Positions 1 to 10,297 of a DNA stretch of 53,764 bases are shown piece by piece. Source of the stretch: Candidatus Rokuibacteriota bacterium. Its GTDB lineage: Bacteria > Methylomirabilota > Methylomirabilia > Rokubacteriales > CSP1-6. The first letter of the stretch is position 1, and each line of letters begins with the position of its first letter. Location of the stretch: NCBI GenBank assembly GCA_005887895.1, contig VBPC01000170.1:1-53764 (forward strand). Direction: 5' to 3'. A program made the position numbers and the translations under genes. The notes beneath the pieces are model-generated. The model was not told the origin of the DNA and ran no database searches. It worked only from the letters and a program-made list of their open reading frames with translations.

Positions 1-209
1 ACCAGCTCGATGTTGGCGAACGTGCTTTCCTGGTGGGGATCGAGGCTCGGCGGGTCGGCGCCGATCACCGCGAGCAGGACGCCGCCCCGGCGCGGCGTCT
101 CCGCCGCCTGGAGCGCGATCGAGCCCCCCGCCACGACGACCGAGGCGACCAGGAGGGCGAAGGCACCGACGGTGAACAGCCTCGGGAGACATCGGACTCC
201 GGTCGTCAT
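1..209 (-). CDS. ABC transporter substrate-binding protein, family 5 (5' part; runs off the window edge)
   Basis: Own translation from ATG at 209: MTTGVRCLPRLFTVGAFALLVASVVVAGG...ETPRRGGVLLAVIGADPPSLDPHQEST. Signal peptide plus the P-x-RGG...DPPSLDP pattern of DppA/OppA-like proteins; GGAGG RBS upstream. Confidence 0.8.
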   Translation of the reverse strand, partial: MTTGVRCLPRLFTVGAFALLVASVVVAGGSIALQAAETPRRGGVLLAVIGADPPSLDPHQESTFANIEL

Positions 210-315
210 GTGACACCTCCGCGGACGTGGAACGCGAACAGTGCGGGAGGCCGGCCTTGAGTACCGGTTACGCACACATAGCGCCGCGTCGTCCTGCCTG
301 TCAAGCCGGGGCCGC

Positions 316-344
316 TTGACGAGCGCGGGCGGTCGGCTCACGAT
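316..344 (+). promoter_or_regulatory. sigma70-like promoter (TTGACG-17nt-CACGAT)
   Basis: -35 at 316-321 and -10 at 339-344, just upstream of the ATG at 354; no SD motif in between. Confidence 0.5.
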
Positions 345-353
345 CAGTCGCTG

Positions 354-1289
354 ATGAAGCTGGTCCTGTTCGAGACGCGTGGAGCCGGAAACGCCAGTCC
401 CGGCGTGCTGACCGAGCGCGGCGTCGTCGGCATCGGCGACGCCGTGCCGGCGGGCCACACGCCGCAGGCGACGATGCAGCGGATCATCGACGACTTCGTG
501 ACGCTGCGCCCGGCGCTGGAGCGGCGCGCCCGCGACGGCCGCGCCGTTTCGCTCGAGCACGTGCGGCTGCGCGCGCCGCTGCCAAGGCCGGGCAAGATCC
601 TGGCGTGCATCGCCAACTACTGGGAGCACGGCGCGCTCGAGGCGCGACCGCTCAACATGTTCCTCAAGAACCCCGACGCGGTGATCGGGCCGGGCGACAC
701 CATCGTGCTCCCCGAGCTCACCGAGCCGTGGATCTTCATGCACGAGGCCGAGCTGGCCCTCGTCATGAAGGGCCCGGCCAAGGCGGTGACGCAGGCGGGC
801 TGGCGCGACGCCGTGTTCGGCTACACGGGGATGATCGACGTGTCGGCGCGCGGCGAGGGCCGGCGGACCTGGAAGGCGGGCTCCTGGCTCGGCAAGTCGT
901 TCGACACGTTCGCGCCGATCGGGCCGTGCATCGCCACGCTCGACGAGATCGCCGATCCCAACGACGTGCACGTGCAGTTCTGGGTGGACGGCCAGCTCCG
1001 GCACAACTACAACACCGACGACATGGAGCACCTGGTGCCGGAGCTGGTCGAGTTCGCGACGTCGATCATGACGCTCAATTCCGGCGACCTCATCGCCTGC
1101 GGGACCAACCACGAGGGGCTCGGGCCGCTGCAGGACGGCGAGATCGTGGACTTCGAGATCCACGGCATCGGCCGCATGCGGCTCTCGGTGCGCGATCCGC
1201 TGAAGCGCTCGTGGGAGAAGGGGATCTACATGGGCCCCGACTCGACCAATCCCGAGGCGGTCAGGCGGAATCGGCCCCCGAAGACCTGA
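354..1289 (+). CDS. fumarylacetoacetate hydrolase family protein
   Basis: Motifs PGKILACIANY, FLK, HEAELA, DVSAR, GKSFDTFAPIGP, GDLIACGT. Confidence 0.92.
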   Translation: MKLVLFETRGAGNASPGVLTERGVVGIGDAVPAGHTPQATMQRIIDDFVTLRPALERRARDGRAVSLEHVRLRAPLPRPGKILACIANYWEHGALEARPLNMFLKNPDAVIGPGDTIVLPELTEPWIFMHEAELALVMKGPAKAVTQAGWRDAVFGYTGMIDVSARGEGRRTWKAGSWLGKSFDTFAPIGPCIATLDEIADPNDVHVQFWVDGQLRHNYNTDDMEHLVPELVEFATSIMTLNSGDLIACGTNHEGLGPLQDGEIVDFEIHGIGRMRLSVRDPLKRSWEKGIYMGPDSTNPEAVRRNRPPKT

Positions 1290-1430
1290 GGATCAGCGCC
1301 GGCACGCCGGTCTCGTAGAGCTCCTCGCCGACGAAGACGGCGCCAAGGACGACGAACCCCGTCTGACCGCCGAGCACGCCGCCGGCGATCGCCGCGGCCG
1401 CGAGCGCGACGACCAGCCGCCGGAGGCCGC
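1290..1430 (-). pseudogene. remnant of a small membrane-protein gene
   Basis: Minus frame reads RRLVVALAAAAIAGGVLGGQTGFVVLGAVFVGEELYETG with host-like codons and no convincing start. Confidence 0.35.
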
Positions 1431-1481
1431 GTGCGCGCGACGCGGGAATTTACGCCGAGACCGTGTGATATCGTCGCCCGC

Positions 1482-2663
1482 GTGACTGCGGGGCCCCGCG
1501 CCACGATCCGTCGACTATCCCGCGCGTGGTGGCCGCGCCAGCCGGCCGCCGGCGCCGCGCCGGCGGCGGTCTCGCTCGGCGGCGACCGTCCGCTCCGCAT
1601 CCTCTATTACGGTGGCGCCGTCGACTTCGCCGGCACCTGGCGCGGCCACGAGCGCATCCTGGAGGCGCTCGACAGAAGCCGGTTCGACCCGTACGTGTTC
1701 TACTGGCCCGGCGATCGCAACACCCGCCTCGATCGCGTGCGCGGGCTCGTCGGCGACGACCACGTCGTTCCCTTCGCCCGGGCCGCCCGCAAGGGCGGCC
1801 GCTGGCGCGGCTACCGGCCGCGCTCGAGCGACTTCGGCCGGCTCGCCCGCGCGTTCCGCTTCGACATCGTCCACGTCGCGCGGTCGGGCTACTACGAGTG
1901 GCCGCTGATCGAGCGGCTGGCGCCGCTGCACGTGGAGACGAACGTCTTCGGCGCCCGCGACACCCGCGGCGTCCTGGACCGCTCGATCGCGCCCTGCGAG
2001 TACGTGGCGGGGCTGCGCGCTGGCGCCGACGCCGTCGTCTACACGCCCATCCCGCCGCCCGCGCTCACGGGCGAGACGCTGCGCGGGCGGCTGGGCATTC
2101 CCGAGCAGGCGGTCGTGTGTGGGCGGATCGGCCGGCCGGCGAACTTCCATCCGATCGGCCTGGCCAGCTTCGCTCGGCTCGTCGCCGAGTTCCCGCACCT
2201 CCACTACGTGATCGTGGCGCCGTGTGAGCAGGCTCGCTCGTGGGTCGCCACCCACCGCACGCCGAACGTCGCCTTCCTGCCGCCGACGGATGACGACGCG
2301 CGCATCGCGGCCTTCCACCGGACCGTCGACGTGTTCCTCCACTACCGCGCCGATGGGGAGACCTACGGGACGGCGCTGCAGCAGGCGCTCGCCTACGGCA
2401 TCCCGGTGGTCTCGCACTACTCTGGCGTCTACGAGGGCCAGGTCGAGACCATCGGCGATGGCGGCTCGGTGGCGCGGGACGGCGAGGCCTACTACGCCGC
2501 CGCCCGGCGCCTGACGGCCGATCCTGCGCATCGCGCGCTCACCGCCGCCCGAGCGCGCGAGCGGGCGCGAAGCTTCGAGCAGGCGCCGATCGTCAGGCGC
2601 ATCGAGCAGCTCTACCTGGCGTGGCACGCCGAGGCCGTCCGCGGGGTAGACTCTCCGCCATGA
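1482..2663 (+). CDS. glycosyltransferase, GT-B fold (GT4-like)
   Basis: C-terminal GRIGR...DVFLHYRADGETYGTALQQALAYGIPVV resembles the GT4 E-x7-E region. Start moved to GTG 1482, behind an extended -10. Confidence 0.8.
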   Translation: MTAGPRATIRRLSRAWWPRQPAAGAAPAAVSLGGDRPLRILYYGGAVDFAGTWRGHERILEALDRSRFDPYVFYWPGDRNTRLDRVRGLVGDDHVVPFARAARKGGRWRGYRPRSSDFGRLARAFRFDIVHVARSGYYEWPLIERLAPLHVETNVFGARDTRGVLDRSIAPCEYVAGLRAGADAVVYTPIPPPALTGETLRGRLGIPEQAVVCGRIGRPANFHPIGLASFARLVAEFPHLHYVIVAPCEQARSWVATHRTPNVAFLPPTDDDARIAAFHRTVDVFLHYRADGETYGTALQQALAYGIPVVSHYSGVYEGQVETIGDGGSVARDGEAYYAAARRLTADPAHRALTAARARERARSFEQAPIVRRIEQLYLAWHAEAVRGVDSPP

Positions 2664-2858
2664 AGATCACCCTCGTCACCATGAGCGCGTGCGCCTGATA
2701 CGCGAGGCGATCTGACGACGCCCATCGCCGCCGGCGAGTACCGCTACGGCATGCATCACGCAGTGGATGAAGGTGGCCGGCATGGCTGAGGCCTCAACCT
2801 GCCGGTGAGCCACCTGGCCTTCGACCAGGCCGCGGTCAAGCAGTACCGCGTGGATTGA
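2660..2858 (+). pseudogene. collapsed mandelate racemase/enolase-superfamily gene remnant
   Basis: Retains MKIT start, then TPIAAGEY, ITQWMKVAGMAEA-NLPVSHL and AFDQAAVKQYRVD-stop in different frames within 199 bp. Confidence 0.65.
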
Positions 2859-3756
2859 GCGTCTGGACGCCCGCCTCGTCCTCGTCCAGGAGCGCGGCCG
2901 CCACGAAGCCAACCGTGAGTTCCGCGAGGCGCTGTGCCTGCAGCGCGCGCTCGAGCGGCTCGGCGTGGACAGCATCGTGTGGGGCCGCGGCTACGACACG
3001 TTCGCACGGCCCATCGAGGAGGTCGCCCGCGACGCCGACGCGGTGCTGCTGGTGGAGAACTACGACGCTGGCTGGGTCCCTGACCTCGGCCGGCTGCGCG
3101 CGCTGCGCGTCTTCTGGAGCATCGACTCGCACGTCGCGCTGGCCGCCCACGTGCGGATGTGCCGGCGCCAGCGGATCCACCTGTTGCTGAACGCGACGGA
3201 GGGCTACCTGCCGCACTTTCGCGCGGCCGGCCGGACGTGCGCGTGGTTCCCCAACGCCTATCCGGCCGATCTGGTCACGCCGCTGCCCGAGGTGCCCAAG
3301 CGCCACGACCTCGGCTTCTGCGGCAACGTCCTCGATCGCGGTCCTTGGCTGGCGGCCCTGCAGGAGGAGTTCGGCCTCCACGTGCTGAGCTTCGACACGC
3401 CGTCGGGCCGGAACCACGAGGCCATTGGCCTCGGCATGGTGCGGGCCGTGAACTCTTTCCGCATGCACTGGAATCGCAACCTGGCCGACGACATCAACTG
3501 CCGCACGTTCGAGACCCTCGGCTGTCACACGCTGTTGCTGACCAATCACACGCCGGGCCTCGAGCGCCTCGTCGACTGCGAGCGCCACCTGGTCGTCTAC
3601 CGCGACCTCGAGGATTGCAAGGCCCGGATCCGCTCGCTGCTCTCTGATCCGGCGCGCATCGAGCGCATCGCCGCCGCCGGCCACGCCCACGCCCGTGCGC
3701 ACCACACCTACGACGTCCGCGCCCGCCAACTCCTCGAGCTCATGAGCACGTTCTGA
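2854..3756 (+). CDS. CgeB-like glycosyltransferase family protein
   Basis: LGFCGN...MHWNRNLADDINCRTFETLGC...LLLTN...HTYDVRA is typical of CgeB/Glyco_trans_1_2 proteins. The frame is open upstream of 2965 (RLVLVQERGRHEANREFRE), so a non-canonical ATT (2854) or CTG (2863) start is proposed. Confidence 0.75.
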   Translation: MERLDARLVLVQERGRHEANREFREALCLQRALERLGVDSIVWGRGYDTFARPIEEVARDADAVLLVENYDAGWVPDLGRLRALRVFWSIDSHVALAAHVRMCRRQRIHLLLNATEGYLPHFRAAGRTCAWFPNAYPADLVTPLPEVPKRHDLGFCGNVLDRGPWLAALQEEFGLHVLSFDTPSGRNHEAIGLGMVRAVNSFRMHWNRNLADDINCRTFETLGCHTLLLTNHTPGLERLVDCERHLVVYRDLEDCKARIRSLLSDPARIERIAAAGHAHARAHHTYDVRARQLLELMSTF

Positions 3757-3783
3757 TCGCCCGTCGAGCACGGCCGGTTACAG

Positions 3784-3852
3784 CGGAGCGCCCCGGCTTT
3801 GCCGGGGCGCTCCGAACGATTGCGGGTATGGGGCCGTTCCGGGGGCCTCCAA
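3784..3852 (-). repeat. two-hairpin REP-like repeat, family A (also a possible terminator between convergent genes)
   Basis: Perfect stem CGGAGCGCCCCGGC-TTT-GCCGGGGCGCTCCG at 3784-3814; the reverse complement aligns with the copies at 23200, 33651, 33738 and 47769. Confidence 0.8.
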
Positions 3853-4028
3853 GGAACACCCTGGCCTAGCTGCAGCTCAAACGAGGGCTGATGCCGCGCG
3901 CCAGGAAGGTCAGCGCGGTCGCGTCGCGTCCGGCGCGACGACCAGCTCCGCGTGCCACTCCCTCGCGGCCAGCGCCGCCCGATCCGACAGCGCCGATGTG
4001 GACGACATAGACCGGAAGCATCGTCACG

Positions 4029-4781
4029 TTACCTGGCCGCGCCGATCCACAGGCGCTTGATGCGCGAGCCGGTTATCCGCACGTAGTAATAGATATCGAC
4101 TGTCAGCTGGCGGCCTCTGACCTCGAGCGACCGCGGCCCCGCGCCGAAACGCTCCAGCTTCCGCTTCTCGAAGACGCGCCACCCGTGCCACCACGCGCGG
4201 TTGCTGTTCTGCCGCGCGTACGTGTCGTCCGGAGCGTCGAGCGACACTGACACGTGGCGGTGCGGAAACACCAGGTGCCGCGCATCGACGAGCGCGTTCA
4301 TCCCGCGCACGACTTCGGTCAGGTCGTCGTCGGCGAACATTGACATGTACGCCGGGTGATAGATGTAGCCGAGCCGCTGATAGATGCTGCGCGTCAGAAT
4401 CGGAATCGTCAGGATGCGTGCGTCGATGCCGTCGTGCACGAGCACGGCGGCGTCTTTTCTGCCGCCGACGATCTCCGCGAGGCGCAAGTCCCACTGCTCC
4501 GGGCAGCCGAAGTCGTCCGACATCCCGATCAACAGGTCGCCGGTCGCGGCCGCGGCGCCGCGGTTCATCGCGTCGACCATGCGTCTGTTGGGGTGCGCGA
4601 CGAGACGGCTGCCGGAGCGCGCGGCCAGCTGCCTGTAACCGGCGAGATCGGGATCGTCCGCGTCGACGCTGAGGATGTGCTCGATCGGAAGCGTGCCGCT
4701 CGCGTTCGCGCGCCACTCGGCGATCGCGGCCTCCGCGCGGGCCAGCCGTTGCCGCGACGGATGGACGAGGCTGATCATCAT
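4029..4781 (-). CDS. glycosyltransferase family 2-like (GT-A fold)
   Basis: ISLVHPSR start, SVDADD, AMNRGAAAATGDLLIGMSDD (DxD-like), YMSMFADDDL. Confidence 0.8.
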   Translation of the reverse strand: MMISLVHPSRQRLARAEAAIAEWRANASGTLPIEHILSVDADDPDLAGYRQLAARSGSRLVAHPNRRMVDAMNRGAAAATGDLLIGMSDDFGCPEQWDLRLAEIVGGRKDAAVLVHDGIDARILTIPILTRSIYQRLGYIYHPAYMSMFADDDLTEVVRGMNALVDARHLVFPHRHVSVSLDAPDDTYARQNSNRAWWHGWRVFEKRKLERFGAGPRSLEVRGRQLTVDIYYYVRITGSRIKRLWIGAAR

Positions 4782-5497
4782 GCCCGGCTCCCTCGTGACA
4801 GAAGCGGCGCCGTCAACACCCGGCGCACATCTCGCGCCGCCTGGCGCAACCGGCGTTCCAGCGTCGTCGGCCCCGGCAGGAGCGGCCGATCATGCTCGTC
4901 GAACGGTTGCCCGACGTACTCACGCCCCCGCCGCACGGTCGGAAACTTCATGCGCGCGAAGTATTCGTCGTGCTCGATCCACTGACGGCGGAGCCGCGGC
5001 GCGATCGTCTCCGCGAGGAATTCCTGATCGATCTGCCATCGCGCCTCGCGCGGCCGCCCCCCGATCAAGGCGGCGATGTCCGGAAGGATGCCGCCGCGGA
5101 CCCCCCACATGCCACCGAGGATCGGTACATCGTGCATCGGATGGTCCCGCATCACGTGTGCCGGCCGATCCGTGGCGAGCCAGGCGTCGACGGCGGCGCG
5201 CTCGCGCGCGCCGAGCCGCGAATCAGTGTCGCGGAAGATCGCGACATCGACGGCGCGATCTGCGGCGGCGAGAAAGCGCCAGAACATGCCGGTCCAATCG
5301 CCGTCTTCCGTCCTCCGCACGACCTCCACGTGCGGAAATGCCTCGAGGGTTGCGACGGCATCGATCGGCGTCGACGCGCCGCAGTAGAACCGGCAGATCC
5401 ATCCGGGGTATATGCGTGGCCCCAGCTCGGCGTTGCGGATCGCTCCGATCACGTACTTCGGGTCGCGGCCCCAGAGTGAAAACGCGATGATTCGCAC
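4778..5497 (-). CDS. uncharacterised putative glycosyltransferase (FSLWG...RDTDSR...MRDHP family)
   Basis: IIAFSLWGRDPKY.IGA.RNA, MFWRFL, IFRDTDSRL (DxD), HVMRDHP.H..PILGGMWG, DQEFL. Start GTG 5497 behind an extended -10; 4-nt overlap with the next gene. Confidence 0.7.
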   Translation of the reverse strand: MRIIAFSLWGRDPKYVIGAIRNAELGPRIYPGWICRFYCGASTPIDAVATLEAFPHVEVVRRTEDGDWTGMFWRFLAAADRAVDVAIFRDTDSRLGARERAAVDAWLATDRPAHVMRDHPMHDVPILGGMWGVRGGILPDIAALIGGRPREARWQIDQEFLAETIAPRLRRQWIEHDEYFARMKFPTVRRGREYVGQPFDEHDRPLLPGPTTLERRLRQAARDVRRVLTAPLLSRGSRA

Positions 5498-5652
5498 GGC
5501 GCATAACCTATCACGCGACACGCCGATGCTGCGGGTCATCGTGTGTGCCGCGCGCGCCGACTCATCATCGGCTACCGACGAGTGGCGGCTCGATGTCGTT
5601 CGGGTTGTTCGAGCAGAGCATCGCCGCGACAAACGCCCGGTCGACGGCACCC

Positions 5653-5889
5653 TCAGTTCTCAGCGCTCCCGCCGTCCTGCGCAATCGGAAGACTCCAGCG
5701 GACGGTTCGCGCGTTCCGGCCCCCCACGTACAGCGCGGACAACCCGGCGTCGCCGCCGAGCGGGGAGCTGGCGACGACGGACACCTCGTAGCCGTGATCG
5801 CGGGCCAGGCTCTCGGCGAGCTCGGGGAGCAGCTGGCCGAACGCGCCGAAGTCCGGCCAGTACGACCGATTGAAGAAGCACGGGCGCGT
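5653..5889 (-). pseudogene. truncated WcaI/WbuB-like GT4 glycosyltransferase (N-terminus only)
   Basis: Directly after the fcl stop: (ACG)RPCFFNRSYWPDFGAFGQLLPELAESLARDHGYEVSVVAS, then the similarity is lost and a stop follows at 5653. The start codon appears mutated to ACG. Confidence 0.7.
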
Positions 5890-6882
<993 letters not shown>

Positions 6883-7176
6883 TCACACCCGGGTTTGACA
6901 CGCAGCCGGAAATCCCTTGAAACTCGCCGGTTCAATCCGGGGCCGGCAATCACCGGGGGCCATCAGCTGCCGCCCCTTCGGCGTGCGCGGGAACTCCACG
7001 TCGCCGATCTTCAGCTCGAACTTCCCCGTGGGATCGTAGGACATCTTCCCTCCCGACCTTTCCGGCGCCGCGCCCGCCCGAGCGAGATTCGGCCGCCAAC
7101 CCATCACGGTGGAGACCGCGCCCAGCGCGGTCACTTGCTCGAGAAAGTCACGCCGCTTGGCGCGATACATGGTCAA
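6883..7176 (-). pseudogene. truncated Tat-exported protein (possibly an alpha/beta hydrolase N-terminus)
   Basis: KRRDFL twin-arginine motif and AxA site, then SYDPTGKFELKIGDVEF.RTPKGRQLMA; coding character is lost after about 6960. Confidence 0.45.
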
Positions 7177-7224
7177 TGACGACGCCTCCCATGAAGCCCT
7201 GCCGTAGCATAGACGGGAACATGC

Positions 7225-7617
7225 CTACGGCAACGTGACAAGGGTCACGGTGAGCACGACCCACAGGACGAGCAGGCCGAGGATCGGCCGCCTCGCGGCC
7301 ACTCGCCGAGGCAGGAACGGGACGAAGACGTCCCCCAGGGCGACGAGCGCCAGGCCGCCGACGTCCACGAATACCGGGTCGAAGTAGGGATCGCGGCCCC
7401 CGCCGCGGAGGCGGCCGGCCCCCCACATCGCGGTGAAGTCCGCAGGGAAGTGGTGGCGCAGCGTGCCGATCCAGAGCCTCGTCATCCTCACGCCGGGCGG
7501 GGGCGCTCGCAGCCGAGCCAGCCGCCGTCATTCTTCGGTGAACAACGTCACGCACTGCCGCGACGAGCACGTAGAGGCCGCGGCCAGCAGCAGCGTCGCC
7601 ACGATCGCCCCGCTCAT
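7225..7617 (-). pseudogene. hypothetical membrane protein, apparently frameshifted
   Basis: Hydrophobic N-terminus MSGAIVATLLLAA in one frame and a hydrophobic C-terminal ORF (7225-7491) in another. Confidence 0.35.
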
Positions 7618-7674
7618 TTCACCCTCGCGCCCAGCCGGCGGTCGCGGGGCGACCCGCGGCAATTCCCTGCGAGG

Positions 7675-8478
7675 TCATGGCCCTCGGCGGCCGCCGGCGA
7701 GGACACGACCGGCCTGGCGGATCTCCTCCGGGTCGAACGGGGGCGACGTCAGGAGGATGAGCCGGTCGACCCCGACGCGATCGAGCATCTGCCGCGCCTT
7801 CGACTCCGCGCGCAGCCAGCGGTCGTCGAGTCCGGCGAACACGCTGACGATGAACCGCGCGGCGTCGCGCCCGGCGGCCGCGTGGGCGTCCCGCGCGCGG
7901 CCCACGAGATCGGCGAGCTGAGGATGGAACGCCTGCGTGTTGAAGCCGTCGCCGTGCCGGCCGGCGATGGCCGCCATGCGCGGGCCGAAGCCGCCGACGA
8001 CGATCGGCGGCGGCGGCTCGGGCCGGAGGAAGCCGTGCTCGCCGGACCACAGCCGGCGCAGCGTGGCGATCGCCTCGACGACGTGGCGCGCGCGCACCTC
8101 GTCGCCCTCGACGGGGCGGCCGATCGCCTCCTGCTCGGCCGCGTACGGCGTGCGGCGGCTGCCGCCGGCGCCCAGGCCCAGCAGGAGCCGTCCGCCCGAC
8201 ACCGCCTGGAACGTCGCCGCCATGTTGGCGAGCACCCCGGGATGGCGGTTGGCGACGTTGAGCACGAGCGGGCCTAGCATGACGCGGCGGGTGATGGCGG
8301 CGAGCGCGGTCAGCGCCGTCCACGCTTCCGGCACGCCGGCCCCGGCGCCGCCGTCGGGATCGCGCAGGTGATCCCACGTCCACAGCCCGTCGAAGCCGGC
8401 CTCCTCGGCGGCGAGGGCGGCCGCGCGCAGGTCGGGCCAGCGGGCGCCCATCGGGATGAGCAGCAGGTCGGTCTTCAT
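7675..8478 (-). CDS. luciferase-like monooxygenase (LLM) class oxidoreductase
   Basis: AEEAGFDGLWTWDH, EAWTALTALAA.T.RV.LG.LV, RHPGVLANMAAT, SGGRLLLGLGAG. Confidence 0.92.
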   Translation of the reverse strand: MKTDLLLIPMGARWPDLRAAALAAEEAGFDGLWTWDHLRDPDGGAGAGVPEAWTALTALAAITRRVMLGPLVLNVANRHPGVLANMAATFQAVSGGRLLLGLGAGGSRRTPYAAEQEAIGRPVEGDEVRARHVVEAIATLRRLWSGEHGFLRPEPPPPIVVGGFGPRMAAIAGRHGDGFNTQAFHPQLADLVGRARDAHAAAGRDAARFIVSVFAGLDDRWLRAESKARQMLDRVGVDRLILLTSPPFDPEEIRQAGRVLAGGRRGP

Positions 8479-8510
8479 GACGCGCTGGCGGTCGAGAGTA
8501 TCATCCGATC

Positions 8511-9419
8511 ATGGAGCAGAAAATCCTCGTCGGAACGGGCGGCGGGCTGTGGGAGCTCGCCGGCGAAGGGGCGAGGGCCGTCGAGGCCCTCGCGGGCCAC
8601 GCCATCACCGCGCTCGCCGTCGACGGCACCGACACGTGGGCCATCGTGGACGACGCCGCGCTGTGGCACGGCCGCGCGGCCACGTGGTCCCAGCGCGCGG
8701 CGATCGACGGGCCGCCGGGGACGTGCCTGGCGCCGGCGCCCGGCGGCGTCTGGATCGGCACCGAGCAAGCGCGCCTGCTCCGGTTCGGCGACGCCGGGCT
8801 CGGCGTGGTCGAGTCGTTCGAGCGCGTCGAGGGCCGCGCGGCCTGGTACCAGCCGTGGGGCGATCCGCCCGACGCCCGCTCGATGTCGGTCGCGCCCGAC
8901 GGCACGCTCTACGTCAACGTCCACGTCGGCGGCGTCGCCCGCTCGCGCGACCACGCGAAGACCTGGACGCCGACGCTCGACATCGAGACCGACGTCCACC
9001 AGGTGCTCGCGCACCCCGTCCGGCCCGAGATCGTCCTGGTCGCGGCGGCCGCCGGCTTCGGCGTCAGTCGCGACGCCGGCCAGTCGTGGCAGCTCGTGAC
9101 GGCCGGCCTGCACGCGCACTACCTGCGCGCCGTGGCCGTCGCCGGCGACGACGTCGTGATCTCCGCCTCGGCGGGTTTCCATGGCCGGCGCGCCGCGCTC
9201 TATCGCAAGCCGCTGGACGGCGGGCGCTTCGAGCGCTGCCGCGAGGGATTGCCGACCTGGTTCGACGACAACGTCGACACCGCCTGCCTGGCCGCCGCCG
9301 GCGCGCTCGTCGTGTGCGGCACGCAGGACGGTCGCGTCTACCGCTCGCTCGACGGCGGCCGGCGGTGGGAGCTGGCGCTCAAGGGGCTGCCGCCGGTCGC
9401 CGGCGTCGCGCTCGGCTGA
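8511..9419 (+). CDS. BNR/Asp-box beta-propeller protein
   Basis: Repeated S-x-D-x-G-x-x-W boxes (SRDHAKTW, SRDAGQSW, SLDGGRRW). Confidence 0.85.
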   Translation: MEQKILVGTGGGLWELAGEGARAVEALAGHAITALAVDGTDTWAIVDDAALWHGRAATWSQRAAIDGPPGTCLAPAPGGVWIGTEQARLLRFGDAGLGVVESFERVEGRAAWYQPWGDPPDARSMSVAPDGTLYVNVHVGGVARSRDHAKTWTPTLDIETDVHQVLAHPVRPEIVLVAAAAGFGVSRDAGQSWQLVTAGLHAHYLRAVAVAGDDVVISASAGFHGRRAALYRKPLDGGRFERCREGLPTWFDDNVDTACLAAAGALVVCGTQDGRVYRSLDGGRRWELALKGLPPVAGVALG

Positions 9420-9423
9420 GCGT

Positions 9424-10272
9424 TTACCGCAACACGGTCTCGGCGATGCGCGTCAGCTCCGTCCCCATCTCCGACTCCGTCTTCACCGTCGGCGGTCGCA
9501 CGATCACCCGGGTCGCGCCGGCGTCGTGCAGCCGCCGGATCAGATCGCGGTCGGCCGGCTGCCCGTGGACCGAGATGGTGATGGCGGAGGGATCGCGCCC
9601 CGCGTCCTTCGCCAGCCGGTCGAGCGTCGCCCGGCGCTCGCGCAGCTGCTCCGGCGTGATCCGGTTCGGCAGCCAGCCGTCGGCCCAGGCCACGATCCGC
9701 TCGAGGACGTTCCCCGCCGCTCCGCCGAGGATGACCGGCGGGTGCGGCTTCTGCGCCGGCTTGGGAAAGGACTTCACCGGCGGAAAGTCGTAGTACGTGC
9801 CGTGGAACTCGGCCGCCGGCTTCGTCCACAGCTCCTTCATGGCCAGAACCGACTCGCGCACCTGGGCCCAGCGGTGGTCGAAGTCGCCGCCCATGATCTG
9901 CGTTTCTTCCCGCAGCCAGCCCGCTCCGATGCCGAACAGAAACCGCCCGCCGCTGAACAGGTCCAGCGTCGACACCTCCTTGGCCAGGAGCAGCGGGTTC
10001 CGCTCCGGCACCAGCACGATGCCGGTGCCGAGCTTCACCCGCGTGGTGACGCCCGAGGCGCGCGCCAGGGCGACGAAGGGATCGACGAAGTGCGAGTAGC
10101 TCTCGGGGATGACGCCGTCCTCCGAGCCGGGGAACCGGCTCGTCGTGCGCACCGGAATGAACGGATGCTCGGCGCACCAGAACGACTCGAAGCCCAGCTC
10201 CTCGGCCTTGCGGGCCATGAAGGCGACGTCCACGTGGTAGGCGGGCAGCGGCACCGAGATGCCGATGTTCAT
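9424..10272 (-). CDS. LLM class, probable F420-dependent oxidoreductase (Rv2161c-like)
   Basis: Start MNIGISV; AEELGFESFWCAEH, DPFVALA, RNPLLLAKEVSTLD, GIGAGWLREE, PKPAQKPHPP. Confidence 0.9.
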   Translation of the reverse strand: MNIGISVPLPAYHVDVAFMARKAEELGFESFWCAEHPFIPVRTTSRFPGSEDGVIPESYSHFVDPFVALARASGVTTRVKLGTGIVLVPERNPLLLAKEVSTLDLFSGGRFLFGIGAGWLREETQIMGGDFDHRWAQVRESVLAMKELWTKPAAEFHGTYYDFPPVKSFPKPAQKPHPPVILGGAAGNVLERIVAWADGWLPNRITPEQLRERRATLDRLAKDAGRDPSAITISVHGQPADRDLIRRLHDAGATRVIVRPPTVKTESEMGTELTRIAETVLR

Positions 10273-10297
10273 CGTCGAGACGTCCTTTCTCCGGCGG

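Noticed and set aside
3853-4028. Intergenic segment as an ncRNA or small gene
   Set aside because: No recognisable motif, RBS/start pair or stable conserved structure.
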